From: Macrostomum lignano
Lineage: Eukaryota
Direction: 5' to 3'
Length of the DNA: 64,000 bases
Assembly: GCA_002269645.1 (NCBI GenBank)
Contig: NIVC01000572.1
Location: 413,309 to 477,308, forward strand
A program made the translations under genes and the position numbers. The notes under the pieces are model-generated. The model did no database searches, was not told the DNA's origin, and saw only the letters and a list, made by a program, of their open reading frames with translations. Shown here one piece after another: positions 12,852-24,134 of this stretch (positions are counted from its first letter, which is position 1; each line of letters opens with the position of its first letter).

Positions 12852-15205
12852 TCTCCCAGATGTGTGGTTGCCCCTGTCTTCCAGGTGTGTGGTTGCCCCT
12901 GTCTTCCAGATGTGTGGTTGTCCCTGTCTCCCAGGTGTGTGGTTGCCCCTGTCTCCCAGGTGTGTGAGTGGCCTGTCTCCCAGATGTGTGGTTGCCCCTG
13001 TCTTCCAGGTGTGTGGTTGCCCCTGTCTCCCAGGTGTGTGGTTGTCCCTGTCTCCCAGGTGTGTGGTTGCCCCTGTCTCCCAGGTGTGTGAGTGCCCCTG
13101 TCTCCCAGGTGTGTGGTTGCCCCTGTCTCCCAGGTGTGTGGTTGCCCCTGTCTCCCAGGTGTGTGGTTGCCCCTGTCTCCCAGGTGTGTGGTTGCCCCTG
13201 TCTCCCAGGTGTGTGGTTGCCCCTGTCTCCCAGGTGTGTGGTTGTCCCTGTCTCCCAGGTGTAGGCACCCCTGTCTCCCAGGTGTGTGGTTGCCCCTGTC
13301 TCCCAGGTGTGTGGTTGCCCCTGTCTCCCAGGTGTGTGGTTGCCCCTGTCTCCCAGGTGTGTGGTTGCCCCTGTCTCCCAGGTGTGTGGTTGTCCCTGTC
13401 TCCCAGGTGTAGGCACCCCTGTCTCCCAGGTGTGTGGTTGCCCCTGTCTCCCAGGTGTGTGGTTGCCCCTGTCTCCCAGGTGTGTGGTTGCCCCTGTCTC
13501 CCAGGTGTGTGGTTGCCCCTGTCTCCCAGGTGTGTGAGTGCCCCTGTCTCCCAGGTGTGTGGTTGCCCCTGTCTCCCAGGTGTGTGGGTGCCCCTGTCTT
13601 CCAGGTGTGTGAGTGTCCCTGTCTCCCAGGTGTGTGATTGTCCCTGTCTCCCAGGTGTGTGAGTGCCCCTGTCTCCCAGGTGTGTGGTTGCCCCTGTCTC
13701 CCAGGTGTGTGGTTGCCCCTGTCTCCCAGGTGTGTGGTTGTCCCTGTCTCCCAGGTGTGTGAGTGTCCCTGTCTCCCAGGTGTGTGGTTGCCCCTGTCTC
13801 CCAGGTGTGTGGTTGTCCCTGTCTTCCAGGTGTGTGGTTGCCCCTGTCTCCCAGGTGTGTGGTTGTCCCTGTCTCCCAGGTGTGTGAGTGCCCCTGTCTC
13901 CCAGGTGTGTGGTTGTCCCTGTCTTCCAGGTGTGTGGTTGTCCCTGTCTCCCAGGTGTGTGAGTGCCCCTGTCTCCCAGGTGTGTGGTTGCCCCTGTCTC
14001 CCAGGTGTGTGGTTGCCCCTGTCTCCCAGGTGTGTGGTTGCCCCTGTCTCCCAGGTGTGTGGTTGTCCCTGTCTCCCAGGTGTAGGCACCCCTGTCTCCC
14101 AGGTGTGTGGTTGCCCCTGTCTCCCAGGTGTGTGGTTGCCCCTGTCTCCCAGGTGTGTGGTTGCCCCTGTCTCCCAGGTGTGTGGTTGCCCCTGTCTCCC
14201 AGGTGTGTGAGTGCCCCTGTCTCCCAGGTGTGTGGTTGCCCCTGTCTCCCAGGTGTGTGGGTGCCCCTGTCTTCCAGGTGTGTGAGTGCCCCTGTCTCCC
14301 AGGTGTGTGATTGTCCCTGTCTCCCAGGTGTGTGAGTGCCCCTGTCTCCCAGGTGTGTGGTTGCCCCTGTCTCCCAGGTGTGTGGTTGCCCCTGTCTCCC
14401 AGGTGTGTGGTTGTCCCTGTCTCCCAGGTGTGTGAGTGTCCCTGTCTCCCAGGTGTGTGGTTGCCCCTGTCTCCCAGGTGTGTGGTTGTCCCTGTCTTCC
14501 AGGTGTGTGGTTGCCCCTGTCTCCCAGGTGTGTGGTTGTCCCTGTCTCCCAGGTGTGTGAGTGCCCCTGTCTCCCAGGTGTGTGGTTGTCCCTGTCTTCC
14601 AGGTGTGTGGTTGTCCCTGTCTCCCAGGTGTGTGAGTGCCCCTGTCTCCCAGGTGTGTGGTTGCCCCTGTCTCCCAGGTGTGTGGTTGCCCCTGTCTCCC
14701 AGGTGTGTGGTTGCCCCTGTCTCCCAGGTGTGTGGTTGTCCCTGTCTCCCAGGTGTAGGCACCCCTGTCTCCCAGGTGTGTGGTTGCCCCTGTCTCCCAG
14801 GTGTGTGGTTGCCCCTGTCTCCCAGGTGTGTGGTTGCCCCTGTCTCCCAGGTGTGTGGTTGCCCCTGTCTCCCAGGTGTGTGAGTGCCCCTGTCTCCCAG
14901 GTGTGTGGTTGCCCCTGTCTCCCAGGTGTGTGGGTGCCCCTGTCTTCCAGGTGTGTGAGTGCCCCTGTCTCCCAGGTGTGTGAGTGCCCCTGTCTCCCAG
15001 GTGTGTGAGTGCCCCTGTCTCCCAGGTGTGTGAGTGCCCCTGTCTCCCAGGTGTGTGAGTGCCCCTGTCTCCCAGGTGTGTGGTTGCCCCTGTCTCCCAG
15101 GTGTGTGGGTGCCCCCTGTTTCCCAGGTGTGTGGTTGCCCCTGTCTCCCAGGTGTGTGGTTGCCCCTGTCTCCCAGGTGTGTGGTTGCCCCTGTCTCCCA
15201 GGTGT
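12852..15205. repeat. 25-bp minisatellite (GTTGCCCCTGTCTCCCAGGTGTGTG)n, ~94 copies, with 673-bp higher-order repeat
   Basis: Direct reading; the 23-bp GTAGGCACC variant recurs at 13409, 14082 and 14755. Confidence 0.97.
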
Positions 15206-15986
15206 GGGCCCCTAGGTGAAGGTGCAAGCCTTCAGAGCAAGTACAATGGCTATGCTGCAGTATTGTTCTCACAGCTAATTTCTGATGGCTGCAAAGATGC
15301 CCATATAAGTTGCGACTCGACTCTACATGTACATCTGTTGCATGGTGGGTGGTCTTCTCACTCAGCTGTTACCAACTCAAATCAAGGTGTGCAAATTTTC
15401 AGTTCAGTTCAAAATAGTGGAATTCGAAATAGTCGAGTCCAAAGTCCGTAGTTCGCAATTAGTTGTGAATTTCTCTATCGCTCCGCTGACGCTGGGGTCA
15501 CGCCCAGGGTGCAGAATCTAACAAAACAGTTTGGTCAAGCAATAAACAAGCAAAAGCAAATTTGCAGACAGAGATACTGGCTGAGATAGCACTCTCCCCT
15601 CTGCTATTGCCCATGCAGCTGAGCTGAAATGTGAATCTTACAATAAAAAAACAAGCATATGTGAATTACAAGGCTATTCAACTAGTTGTTTTCAAGGGCC
15701 TGTTTATTTTTTTGTTTTTCCCACTTTGATTAGAGGTTAAAAACTTTTTCATGAGTTGCAGCGCTTAAGCTTGAGGCTATTTGTTCGGGTGGATAATGAA
15801 TCAAATGGGTACAGGGGTTAGTGAGTACAGCTGTTGACGATCCTTGGTCATGGGCGCTTATCAACAGACTGCTGCTTTTGTTGCTGGATTGCTGTTGACT
15901 TCTAAAGACAGAAATGCTCTACCAGCACAAATTGGTTACTCAGTATTAGCAAAAAACACCGATAAATGGTATAGAAAAATCTTGAA

Positions 15987-16428
15987 CTCACTGCTCATGC
16001 TTAGATCTCACTGCTCATGCTTAGATCTCACTGCTCATGCTTAGAACTCACTGCTCATGCTTAGATCTCACTGCTCATGCTTAGATCTCACTGCTCATGC
16101 TTAGATCTCACTGCTCATGCTTAGATCTCACTGCTCATGCTTAGATCTCACTGCTCATGCTTAGATCCCACTGCTCATGCTTATATCTCACTGCTCATGC
16201 TTAGATCTCACTGCTCATGCTTAGATCCCACTGCTCATGCTTAGAACTCACTGCTCATGCTTAGAACTCACTGCTCATGCTTAGATCTCACTGCTCATGC
16301 TTAGATCCCACTGCTCATGCTTAGATCCCACTGCTCATGCTTAGATCCCACTGCTCATGCTTAGATCTCACTGCTCATGCTTAGTACTCACTGCTCATGC
16401 TTAGATCTCACTGCTCATGCTTAGAACT
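15987..16428. repeat. 20-bp minisatellite (CTCACTGCTCATGCTTAGAT)n, ~22 copies
   Basis: Direct reading. Confidence 0.97.
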
Positions 16429-16961
16429 AACATCCCCAGCTTTACATGTTTTTAGAGTCTTTGAGGCCTCAAAGTATGAAGCGTTGTCAAACCGCGTTGC
16501 CACCGTTAACAGAGGCCACCGTTCTGGAAGGAAAATTCATTTAATTGCAAAAAACCATGATAGTTGTTATGATCAGTCATGAGCACAAAGAGCTGCTGCA
16601 GTCAACACAGGAAATTAATCATAGTATCACAGGCACACGCATCCAATAAAATTCATACAGCTGTACTCAAACTGCAACAATAACTGGGTGGAGCTCTTTC
16701 ATAATAAAAGCAGCAGAGCCCACTTTCGGTGCAAGTCGTTCTCTACAGCAGGAATCAAAGGTTTTTTGTCAGAGTTGCGCTAAGCCTCACATGATGCGGA
16801 AAGCAGATCAGGAAAAGAAGCAAAAATCCAAGGCATCTAAACTTCATCACGCGCTCAATCTTTCTACTAAATTCCAAAATTATGAAAATCACTTTCTAAC
16901 AAAGAATAGCCTTTGTGACTGTGACTGTGACAGCTGCCTCTTCAAGCTCCTCCCTCCTGTG

Positions 16962-17411
<450 letters not shown>

Positions 17412-17475
17412 GTGAGCTAAGCTAAGCATGAGCAGTGAGATCTAAGCATGAGCAGTGAGTTCTAAGCATGAGCAG
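17412..17475 (-). repeat. Three inverted copies of the 15987-16428 minisatellite
   Basis: CTAAGCATGAGCAGTGAG is the reverse complement of the array unit. Confidence 0.92.
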
Positions 17476-19068
17476 TTTCTCGGTAGTTGCACGTACTCTT
17501 TTGCACTACTTGAGTAGTCTGATTTTCGTTCGGCATGGCTGGTTCCAGCAGGTAGTTCCTCTGGATAAAAGCGCTTACCGCGCCCATTGGCTTTCCAGCT
17601 GCCTTAATCGTTTCCGGTGATCTTGTGTGCGTGCTTTCAGCTTGATTGGCTGCGGCAAGCAAGCTCGAAAGAGCTCGCTTCGCTCGCTCTTTCTCGCTAT
17701 CTACTATCCATAGCCAGGACCTGCACCGGAGCGGTTACGAAAATTAGATTTCTCGGTAGTTGCACGTACTCTTTTGCACTACTTGAGTAGTCTGATTTTC
17801 GTTCGGCATGGCTGGTTCCAGCAGGTAGTTCCTCTGGATAAAAGCGCTTACCGCGCCCATTGGCTTTCCAGCTGCCTTAATCGTTTCCGGTGATCTTGTG
17901 TGCGTGCTTTCAGCTTGATTGGCTGCGGCAAGCAAGCTCGAAAGAGCTCGCTTCGCTCGCTCTTTCTCGCTATCTACTATCCATAGCCAGGACCTGCACC
18001 GGAGCGGTTACGAAAATTAGATTTCTCGGTAGTTGCACGTACTCTTTTGCACTACTTGAGTAGTCTGATTTTCGTTCGGCATGGCTGGTTCCAGCAGGTA
18101 GTTCCTCTGGATAAAAGCGCTTACCGCGCCCATTGGCTTTCCAGCTGCCTTAATCGTTTCCGGTGATCTTGTGTGCGTGCTTTCAGCTTGATTGGCTGCG
18201 GCAAGCAAGCTCGAAAGAGCTCGCTTCGCTCGCTCTTTCTCGCTATCTACTATCCATAGCCAGGACCTGCACCGGAGCGGTTACGAAAATTAGATTTCTC
18301 GGTAGTTGCACGTACTCTTTTGCACTACTTGAGTAGTCTGATTTTCGTTCGGCATGGCTGGTTCCAGCAGGTAGTTCCTCTGGATAAAAGCGCTTACCGC
18401 GCCCATTGGCTTTCCAGCTGCCTTAATCGTTTCCGGTGATCTTGTGTGCGTGCTTTCAGCTTGATTGGCTGCGGCAAGCAAGCTCGAAAGAGCTCGCTTC
18501 GCTCGCTCTTTCTCGCTATCTACTATCCATAGCCAGGACCTGCACCGGAGCGGTTACGAAAATTAGATTTCTCGGTAGTTGCACGTACTCTTTTGCACTA
18601 CTTGAGTAGTCTGATTTTCGTTCGGCATGGCTGGTTCCAGCAGGTAGTTCCTCTGGATAAAAGCGCTTACCGCGCCCATTGGCTTTCCAGCTGCCTTAAT
18701 CGTTTCCGGTGATCTTGTGTGCGTGCTTTCAGCTTGATTGGCTGCGGCAAGCAAGCTCGAAAGAGCTCGCTTCGCTCGCTCTTTCTCGCTATCTACTATC
18801 CATAGCCAGGACCTGCACCGGAGCGGTTACGAAAATTAGATTTCTCGGTAGTTGCACGTACTCTTTTGCACTACTTGAGTAGTCTGATTTTCGTTCGGCA
18901 TGGCTGGTTCCAGCAGGTAGTTCCTCTGGATAAAAGCGCTTACCGCGCCCATTGGCTTTCCAGCTGCCTTAATCGTTTCCGGTGATCTTGTGTGCGTGCT
19001 TTCAGCTTGATTGGCTGCGGCAAGCAAGCTCGAAAGAGCTCGCTTCGCTCGCTCTTTCTCGCTATCTA

Positions 19069-19073
<5 letters not shown>
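17476..19073. repeat. 273-bp tandem array, ~5.8 apparently identical units
   Basis: Units start at 17476, 17749, 18022, 18295, 18568 and 18841. ORF track repeats the same peptide at 273-bp spacing. Confidence 0.97.
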
Positions 19074-19122
<49 letters not shown>

Positions 19123-19124
<2 letters not shown>

Positions 19125-20995
19125 TATTATTATTATAGTTACGCCCCACGCCAGCCACGGGAGTGGCCAAGAGGGGGGAGCGTCAAATCGCGCGTTTCAG
19201 AGCCAGGTCTCTAATGTGCTTCACACCGGCCGTCTGGCTGGGTGCTCGCGCATCTTCAAAAAGGCGGTCGACGTAGCGGGCTGACCGTCCCTGACCACGT
19301 CTGCGCGGTCCCTGCGGGGTCCACATCAGGACGTCCTGCAGCGGCTCTGGGCAGTAGGCTTCGGCCCGGATGACATGTCCGGCAAGCCGCAGGCGCCGCT
19401 GACTCAGCAGGGCAGAAGGCCGCGTCAGGCCTGTGCGTTTGTACAGGGACTCGGTTGTCTCGCTGCCAGGGCCGCGGCGGGCGCCGAAAGCGGCGCGGAC
19501 TAGGGCCGCATGCGCCGCGTCGAGCTGCGCCTCAAGCGCCCCGGTCAGCGTCCAGGTCTCAGCATTGTACAGCAGGGCGGTCTCAACAACCGCCTGGAAC
19601 AGCTGGGACCTGGCGCCGTCGGACAGGGCCTCGGAGAGCAGCACCGCCCGCACAGATCGGAAGGCAGCCCAGGCCTTGCCGCGCCGTCTCGCTAGGTCGT
19701 CACCGACGTCCGGCACCAGTCCGCCGAGGTAGACGAACTGAAGGCACTTCGGGAGCGCCGTCCCGGGGCCGTCGCCGTCTCGAAGTCGAATCTCGGCGGG
19801 TAGATCATGCGGCACCGTCAGCACCTCGGTCTTCCTGGCGTTGATGACGAGACCGACCCTCGCCGCCGCCGCAGTCAGGCCGTCCAGAAGCCGTTGGGCG
19901 CCTTCGGCCGTCGAAGACAGCAGGGCGAGGTCGTCCGCGTAGCCAAGGACAGACAGTTTCTTCTCCGGGTGCCGTCTACTGGTGCGCCTTTGCAGCAGAA
20001 AGCCGTCCTCTGATGTCGGCAGGCCGGTCCTGAGCACCCAGTCCATCACCAGCACGAAGAGAAAGGGGGCCAGAGTGTCACCCTGTAGCACTCCGGAGGT
20101 CGTGCTAAACAGTTCCGACGGTCCGTCTGGCGTCGCTACCGCGGCGGTGGTGTCCTGATACAGCGCCATGATGGCGGAGATCAGCTGCTGCGGTACGTTG
20201 TAGGCACGGAGCACGTGAGGCAGCGCGCCGCGCGCCACCGAGTCGAAGGCCTTGAGGAAGTCAACAAAGATGACGATAAGGCTTGACTGGTGGATGCGCG
20301 CCTCCTCGATGATGCGGCGGAGGGCCAGGATCTGCGTCACCGTACCGCGACGGGGGCGGAACCCGTTCTGCTCGTACCGCAGGAACGAGTCCAGCACGGG
20401 CTGTAACCGTGCTAATAGCACCCGGTTGAACAGCTTCGCGGTACAGGACATGAGCGAGATTCCACGATGCTCCTCCTTCCGTGTAGTGCCCGGCTTCTTC
20501 GGGATGCCGACGATGTTGGCCTGGGTCCACTCGCGGGGCGCGGGGCCTCCCGCCAGGACGCCGTTCATCACGCGGGCCACCTCAGTGGCAACCCTTGTGA
20601 CTCGCAGCGCCTCGACGGGGACCTCGTCCGGGCCGGGGGCGCGGCCTCCCGGAGCCCTGCGGGCGAATTCCACGACGTCGGTGCTGGTCACAGGACGGGT
20701 GTCGAAGTCCTCCTGCCGCGGCAGCGCCACCTCGGGGGGCAGCGGCATCTCGTTCGGCAGAGTCGGCGGCGGCGCGTTGACAATGGCGGCGAAGAAGGTG
20801 CGCAGCTCGTTTCTGCGCTCTTCGGCCGTGTCGCCAGCCAGGTTGAGCGCCGTCTTCTTTTTGCGACCGGTTAGGGCGTTCACGACCGGCCAGAAGACCC
20901 TGTTCTGCCGTTCAGGCCCGACGGAGGCGACTGCCCTGATTGCGTCGTCAACAGCGGCTTGCTGTCGACTAGCGTAGGCGTCTGCCAGGGCGTCT
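19123..20995 (-). mobile_element. RTE-clade non-LTR retrotransposon, 5'-truncated, young
   Basis: GC-rich. Uninterrupted RT frame, short 3' UTR, (AAT)n tail followed by (AGAT)n. Confidence 0.92.
19183..20883 (-). CDS. Reverse transcriptase (RTE ORF, endonuclease domain lost to 5' truncation; frame stays open to ~20990)
   Basis: APGPDE, RGISLMSCTAKLFNRVL, QNGFRPRR, FVDFLKAFDSV, GVLQGDTLAPFLF, YADD, FVYLG, RLRLAGHVIR, RRGQGR. Confidence 0.93.
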   Translation of the reverse strand: MNALTGRKKKTALNLAGDTAEERRNELRTFFAAIVNAPPPTLPNEMPLPPEVALPRQEDFDTRPVTSTDVVEFARRAPGGRAPGPDEVPVEALRVTRVATEVARVMNGVLAGGPAPREWTQANIVGIPKKPGTTRKEEHRGISLMSCTAKLFNRVLLARLQPVLDSFLRYEQNGFRPRRGTVTQILALRRIIEEARIHQSSLIVIFVDFLKAFDSVARGALPHVLRAYNVPQQLISAIMALYQDTTAAVATPDGPSELFSTTSGVLQGDTLAPFLFVLVMDWVLRTGLPTSEDGFLLQRRTSRRHPEKKLSVLGYADDLALLSSTAEGAQRLLDGLTAAAARVGLVINARKTEVLTVPHDLPAEIRLRDGDGPGTALPKCLQFVYLGGLVPDVGDDLARRRGKAWAAFRSVRAVLLSEALSDGARSQLFQAVVETALLYNAETWTLTGALEAQLDAAHAALVRAAFGARRGPGSETTESLYKRTGLTRPSALLSQRRLRLAGHVIRAEAYCPEPLQDVLMWTPQGPRRRGQGRSARYVDRLFEDARAPSQTAGVKHIRDLALKRAI

Positions 20996-21884
20996 ATCTA
21001 TATATCATTTCTGAAAGTCAAACTCACAGACATTTGACCCTTGTCCACCACTGCTGCCTCGTAATCGATACAAATTCGCCTCAAGACACTTTATTTGATC
21101 TGCCCGTGCTTCACTTCAGTGCGATGGGCGGGTTAGGGTTTAGTTTTGCTTTTCTTACGATGCATGATTTACAGCAGACTTGCGCAGGCAAGGCAAGGAA
21201 CTGCAGCCTTTGATGCGAATCTGATACATGCTTCGCTTCTCACCGCCTCGAGGTCAGACAGTCTGGCTCGACTGGCAGCGGCAAACTAACCATGCAGCAA
21301 TGCACAGTTTAGAGCTTGCAGAATAGGAACTTCTATAATGCTTAGTGACCCCTTGTGTGAGTTCGAAACATTCAGATGAATTCGATATGCATTTAATGTC
21401 AGGCGATGGACGTCCCGTATGCAATACTAGAATCTTAAGGCGTCCATTGATTCAAACTAATCCTAATTCACTATAGTTGCAATTCTTCAATTGTGCCGCT
21501 GACTTCATAGCAGCGGGGGTACAAAATTTTGGAATTGATTATTGAATTGCATGGTACTGGCCGCCGAGGGTCAGAGAGGAGATCGCAAAGGGTTGACGAG
21601 GTGCAACTCCGATCAGCTGATCCAGTGTGTACATCCGATCCAACACCATGCACAGTGCGGCCACTTTTATGCGCGTGGAATTTCCTGTTCCAAAACTGTC
21701 CAGGGGGGCAACACAGTTTAATTTTGTTTATTCGGGCGAACTGGAATTTCCATAGCAGCGTTCTGCTTTCGGTGGCGATTCCAGGAAATTCACAGTCAAC
21801 CACATGTTCGCTGATTTAAGTGCTCTACACAAGAGTCCATTTTTGTACGCGTCAGAAATCTGAGATGACTCCTACAGAGCACCG

Positions 21885-22852
21885 AGATGGCGCCTCCAGC
21901 ACCCCAGGGGTGGCGCCTCCAGCACCTGGCGCCTCCAGCACCTGGCGCCTCCAGCACCTGGCGCCTCCAGCACCTGGCGCCTCCAGCACCTGGCGCCTCC
22001 AGCACCTGGCGCCTCCAGCACCTGGCGCCTCCAGCACCCCAGAGATGGCGCCTCCAGCAATCCCAGAGGTGGCGCCTCCAGCACCCCAGAGATGGCGCCT
22101 CCCGCACCTCAGAGATGGCGTCTCCAGCAATCCTAGAGGTGGCGCCTCCAGCGCCCTAGAGGTGGCACCTCCAGCAATCCTAGAGATGGCGCCTCCAGCG
22201 CCCCAGAGGTGGCGCCTCCAGCACCCCAGAGATGGCGCCTCCAGCACCCCAGAGTTGGCGCCTCCAGCACCCCAGAGATGGCGCCTCCAGCAATCCTAGA
22301 GATGGCGCCTCCAGCACCCCAGAGGTGGCGCCTCCAGCACCCCAGAGATGGCGCCTCCAGCACCCCAGAGGTGGCGCCTCCAGCACCCCAGAGGTGACGC
22401 CTCCAGCACCCCAGAGATGGCGCCTCCAGCACCCCAGAGGTGGCGCCTCCAGCACCCCAGAGATGGCGCCTCCAGCACCCCAGAGGTGGCGCCTCCAGCA
22501 CCCTAGAGGTGGCGCCTCCAGCAATCCTAGAGATGGCGCCTCCAGCACCCCAGAGGTGGCGCCTCCAGCACCCCAGAGATGGCGCCTCCAGCAATCCTAG
22601 AGATGGCGCCTCCAGCACCCCAGAGGTGGCGCCTCCAGCACCCCAGAGATGGCGCCTCCAGCAATCCTAGAGATGGCGCCTCCAGCACCCCAGAGGTGGC
22701 ACCTCCAGCACCCCAGAGATGGGGCTTCTAACAATCGAGATGGCGCATCTAATACCGGAGATGGCGCATCTAACACCGGAGATAGCGCATCTAACACCAG
22801 AGATGGCGCTTCTAACACCGGAGATAGCACATCTAACACCAGAGGTGGCGCC
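21885..22852. repeat. Compound minisatellite with GGCGCCTCCAGCA core: 16-bp units, then 23-bp units, then degenerate 21-bp units
   Basis: Direct reading. Confidence 0.93.
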
Positions 22853-24134
22853 AGAAGGAAGTGAATATAAGCAACCAACCATTCATAATACAACAAAAAT
22901 GAATGTTAAATCTTCAACAACGATGGCAGGACTGAGACCAAGACGAAATCAGGTACACGATTGGCCAATGTATATTTTTCAAATTTAATAAAATTCTCAA
23001 GTTATTACAAAATTAGAGTTGCGTTGAAATTGAATAAAAGAATGAAAGATTACTGTAAAAAAATAAAACGCTTTTTTGACAAGATGGCGCGCTCTGAACC
23101 GGCCAAAGGGGCCAAACACGGCTGTTCCCGCGTGCAATCAGAACACCTGCGGTACACCTGCAGGCAGAACCGGGACAGGAGACAAAAGACAGTTAAAGCA
23201 GAATTTGCAAAGCTTGAAAACGCACGAGAACCAGCTAAGCTGGGAACGCAGATGCAGAATAGCCGGCAACAACCGGCTGGCTAAAATACAGAAGACTTAC
23301 GAAGCCCATCTGCTTGTTGCGGAGCAGAGGAAAGACAGGAAAGTTTTCTTCTGTCTTAAACCGCCAGCAAGGATCTGCTTGGAGCAAGGAAAACGAAAAA
23401 CGGCTCAGCTTGAGAACAAAGACCACGCGGGCGTTTGCCCAGGAAAGCGCAGGAGCGGTCACAAAGACTGGTTGCATGCAGTGAGGATTAACTCTGGTTA
23501 AAAGCAATTACAACAACAGCCAGTAAATGAGGTGATTAAGGGGCACAGGTGCGATGCGGGCAGTTATATCGTTAAAACTCTTCGAATACAAAAACGCAGA
23601 GGATTATGTACAAAATAATTGCTGAACTCTGCCATCTGCAGACTGGTCAAAAACAGGTGAGCTGCTCGGGAGGAGTTTCAAGTTAATCAAATCCATAATT
23701 GATGCGTAAAGTTTGATTGATGGAGTGAGCAACAAAGACTGGAATGAAGATTGGCTGTCTGCGGGAAAAAGCTCCAATGCAAATGATAAAAATGAAAATC
23801 GAATTATGGATTGACAAAAGCTGCAAAAAATGGAATATAGATTATTTCTATATCAAAATCTGCAATTGACAAGCTCTAAAGTAATATTTATGCAAATAAT
23901 CTGCAACTTTGTTAACTGCTTTTGGTTCAGTGTGGGGGTTCTGGCCTCAATCTGGCCCGGCCTCAAAGGACCTTCATCAAGTTATTGGGTCACTATTGAT
24001 TACTGATGAAATTCGTAGAAACGCTGACAAAAATGATCATTTTTTACAAGTTGATGCCGGGCCAGAGTTTTAGCCGAAATACTCGACAACTAGCTGACCT
24101 TAAATGACCCCCTTGCATTTGTTTTAACGCGCGA

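Noticed and set aside
12789-15272. 827-aa ORF and many overlapping ORFs (HTWETG.../CGCPCLPGV...)
   Set aside because: Translation of a stop-free 25-bp minisatellite; open in several frames on both strands.
17476-19073. CRISPR-like or 5S/snRNA gene array
   Set aside because: No unique spacers, no cas genes, and no recognisable 5S, U-snRNA, SL or tRNA sequence in the unit; the repeated 63-aa ORF has no motif.
21796-22896. Cluster of Pro/Ala- or Gly-rich ORFs
   Set aside because: All derive from the GGCGCC minisatellite.
23076-23501. Possible hAT/zinc-finger transposase N-terminus (C..C...LKTHE)
   Set aside because: Motif too weak and no downstream DDE region.
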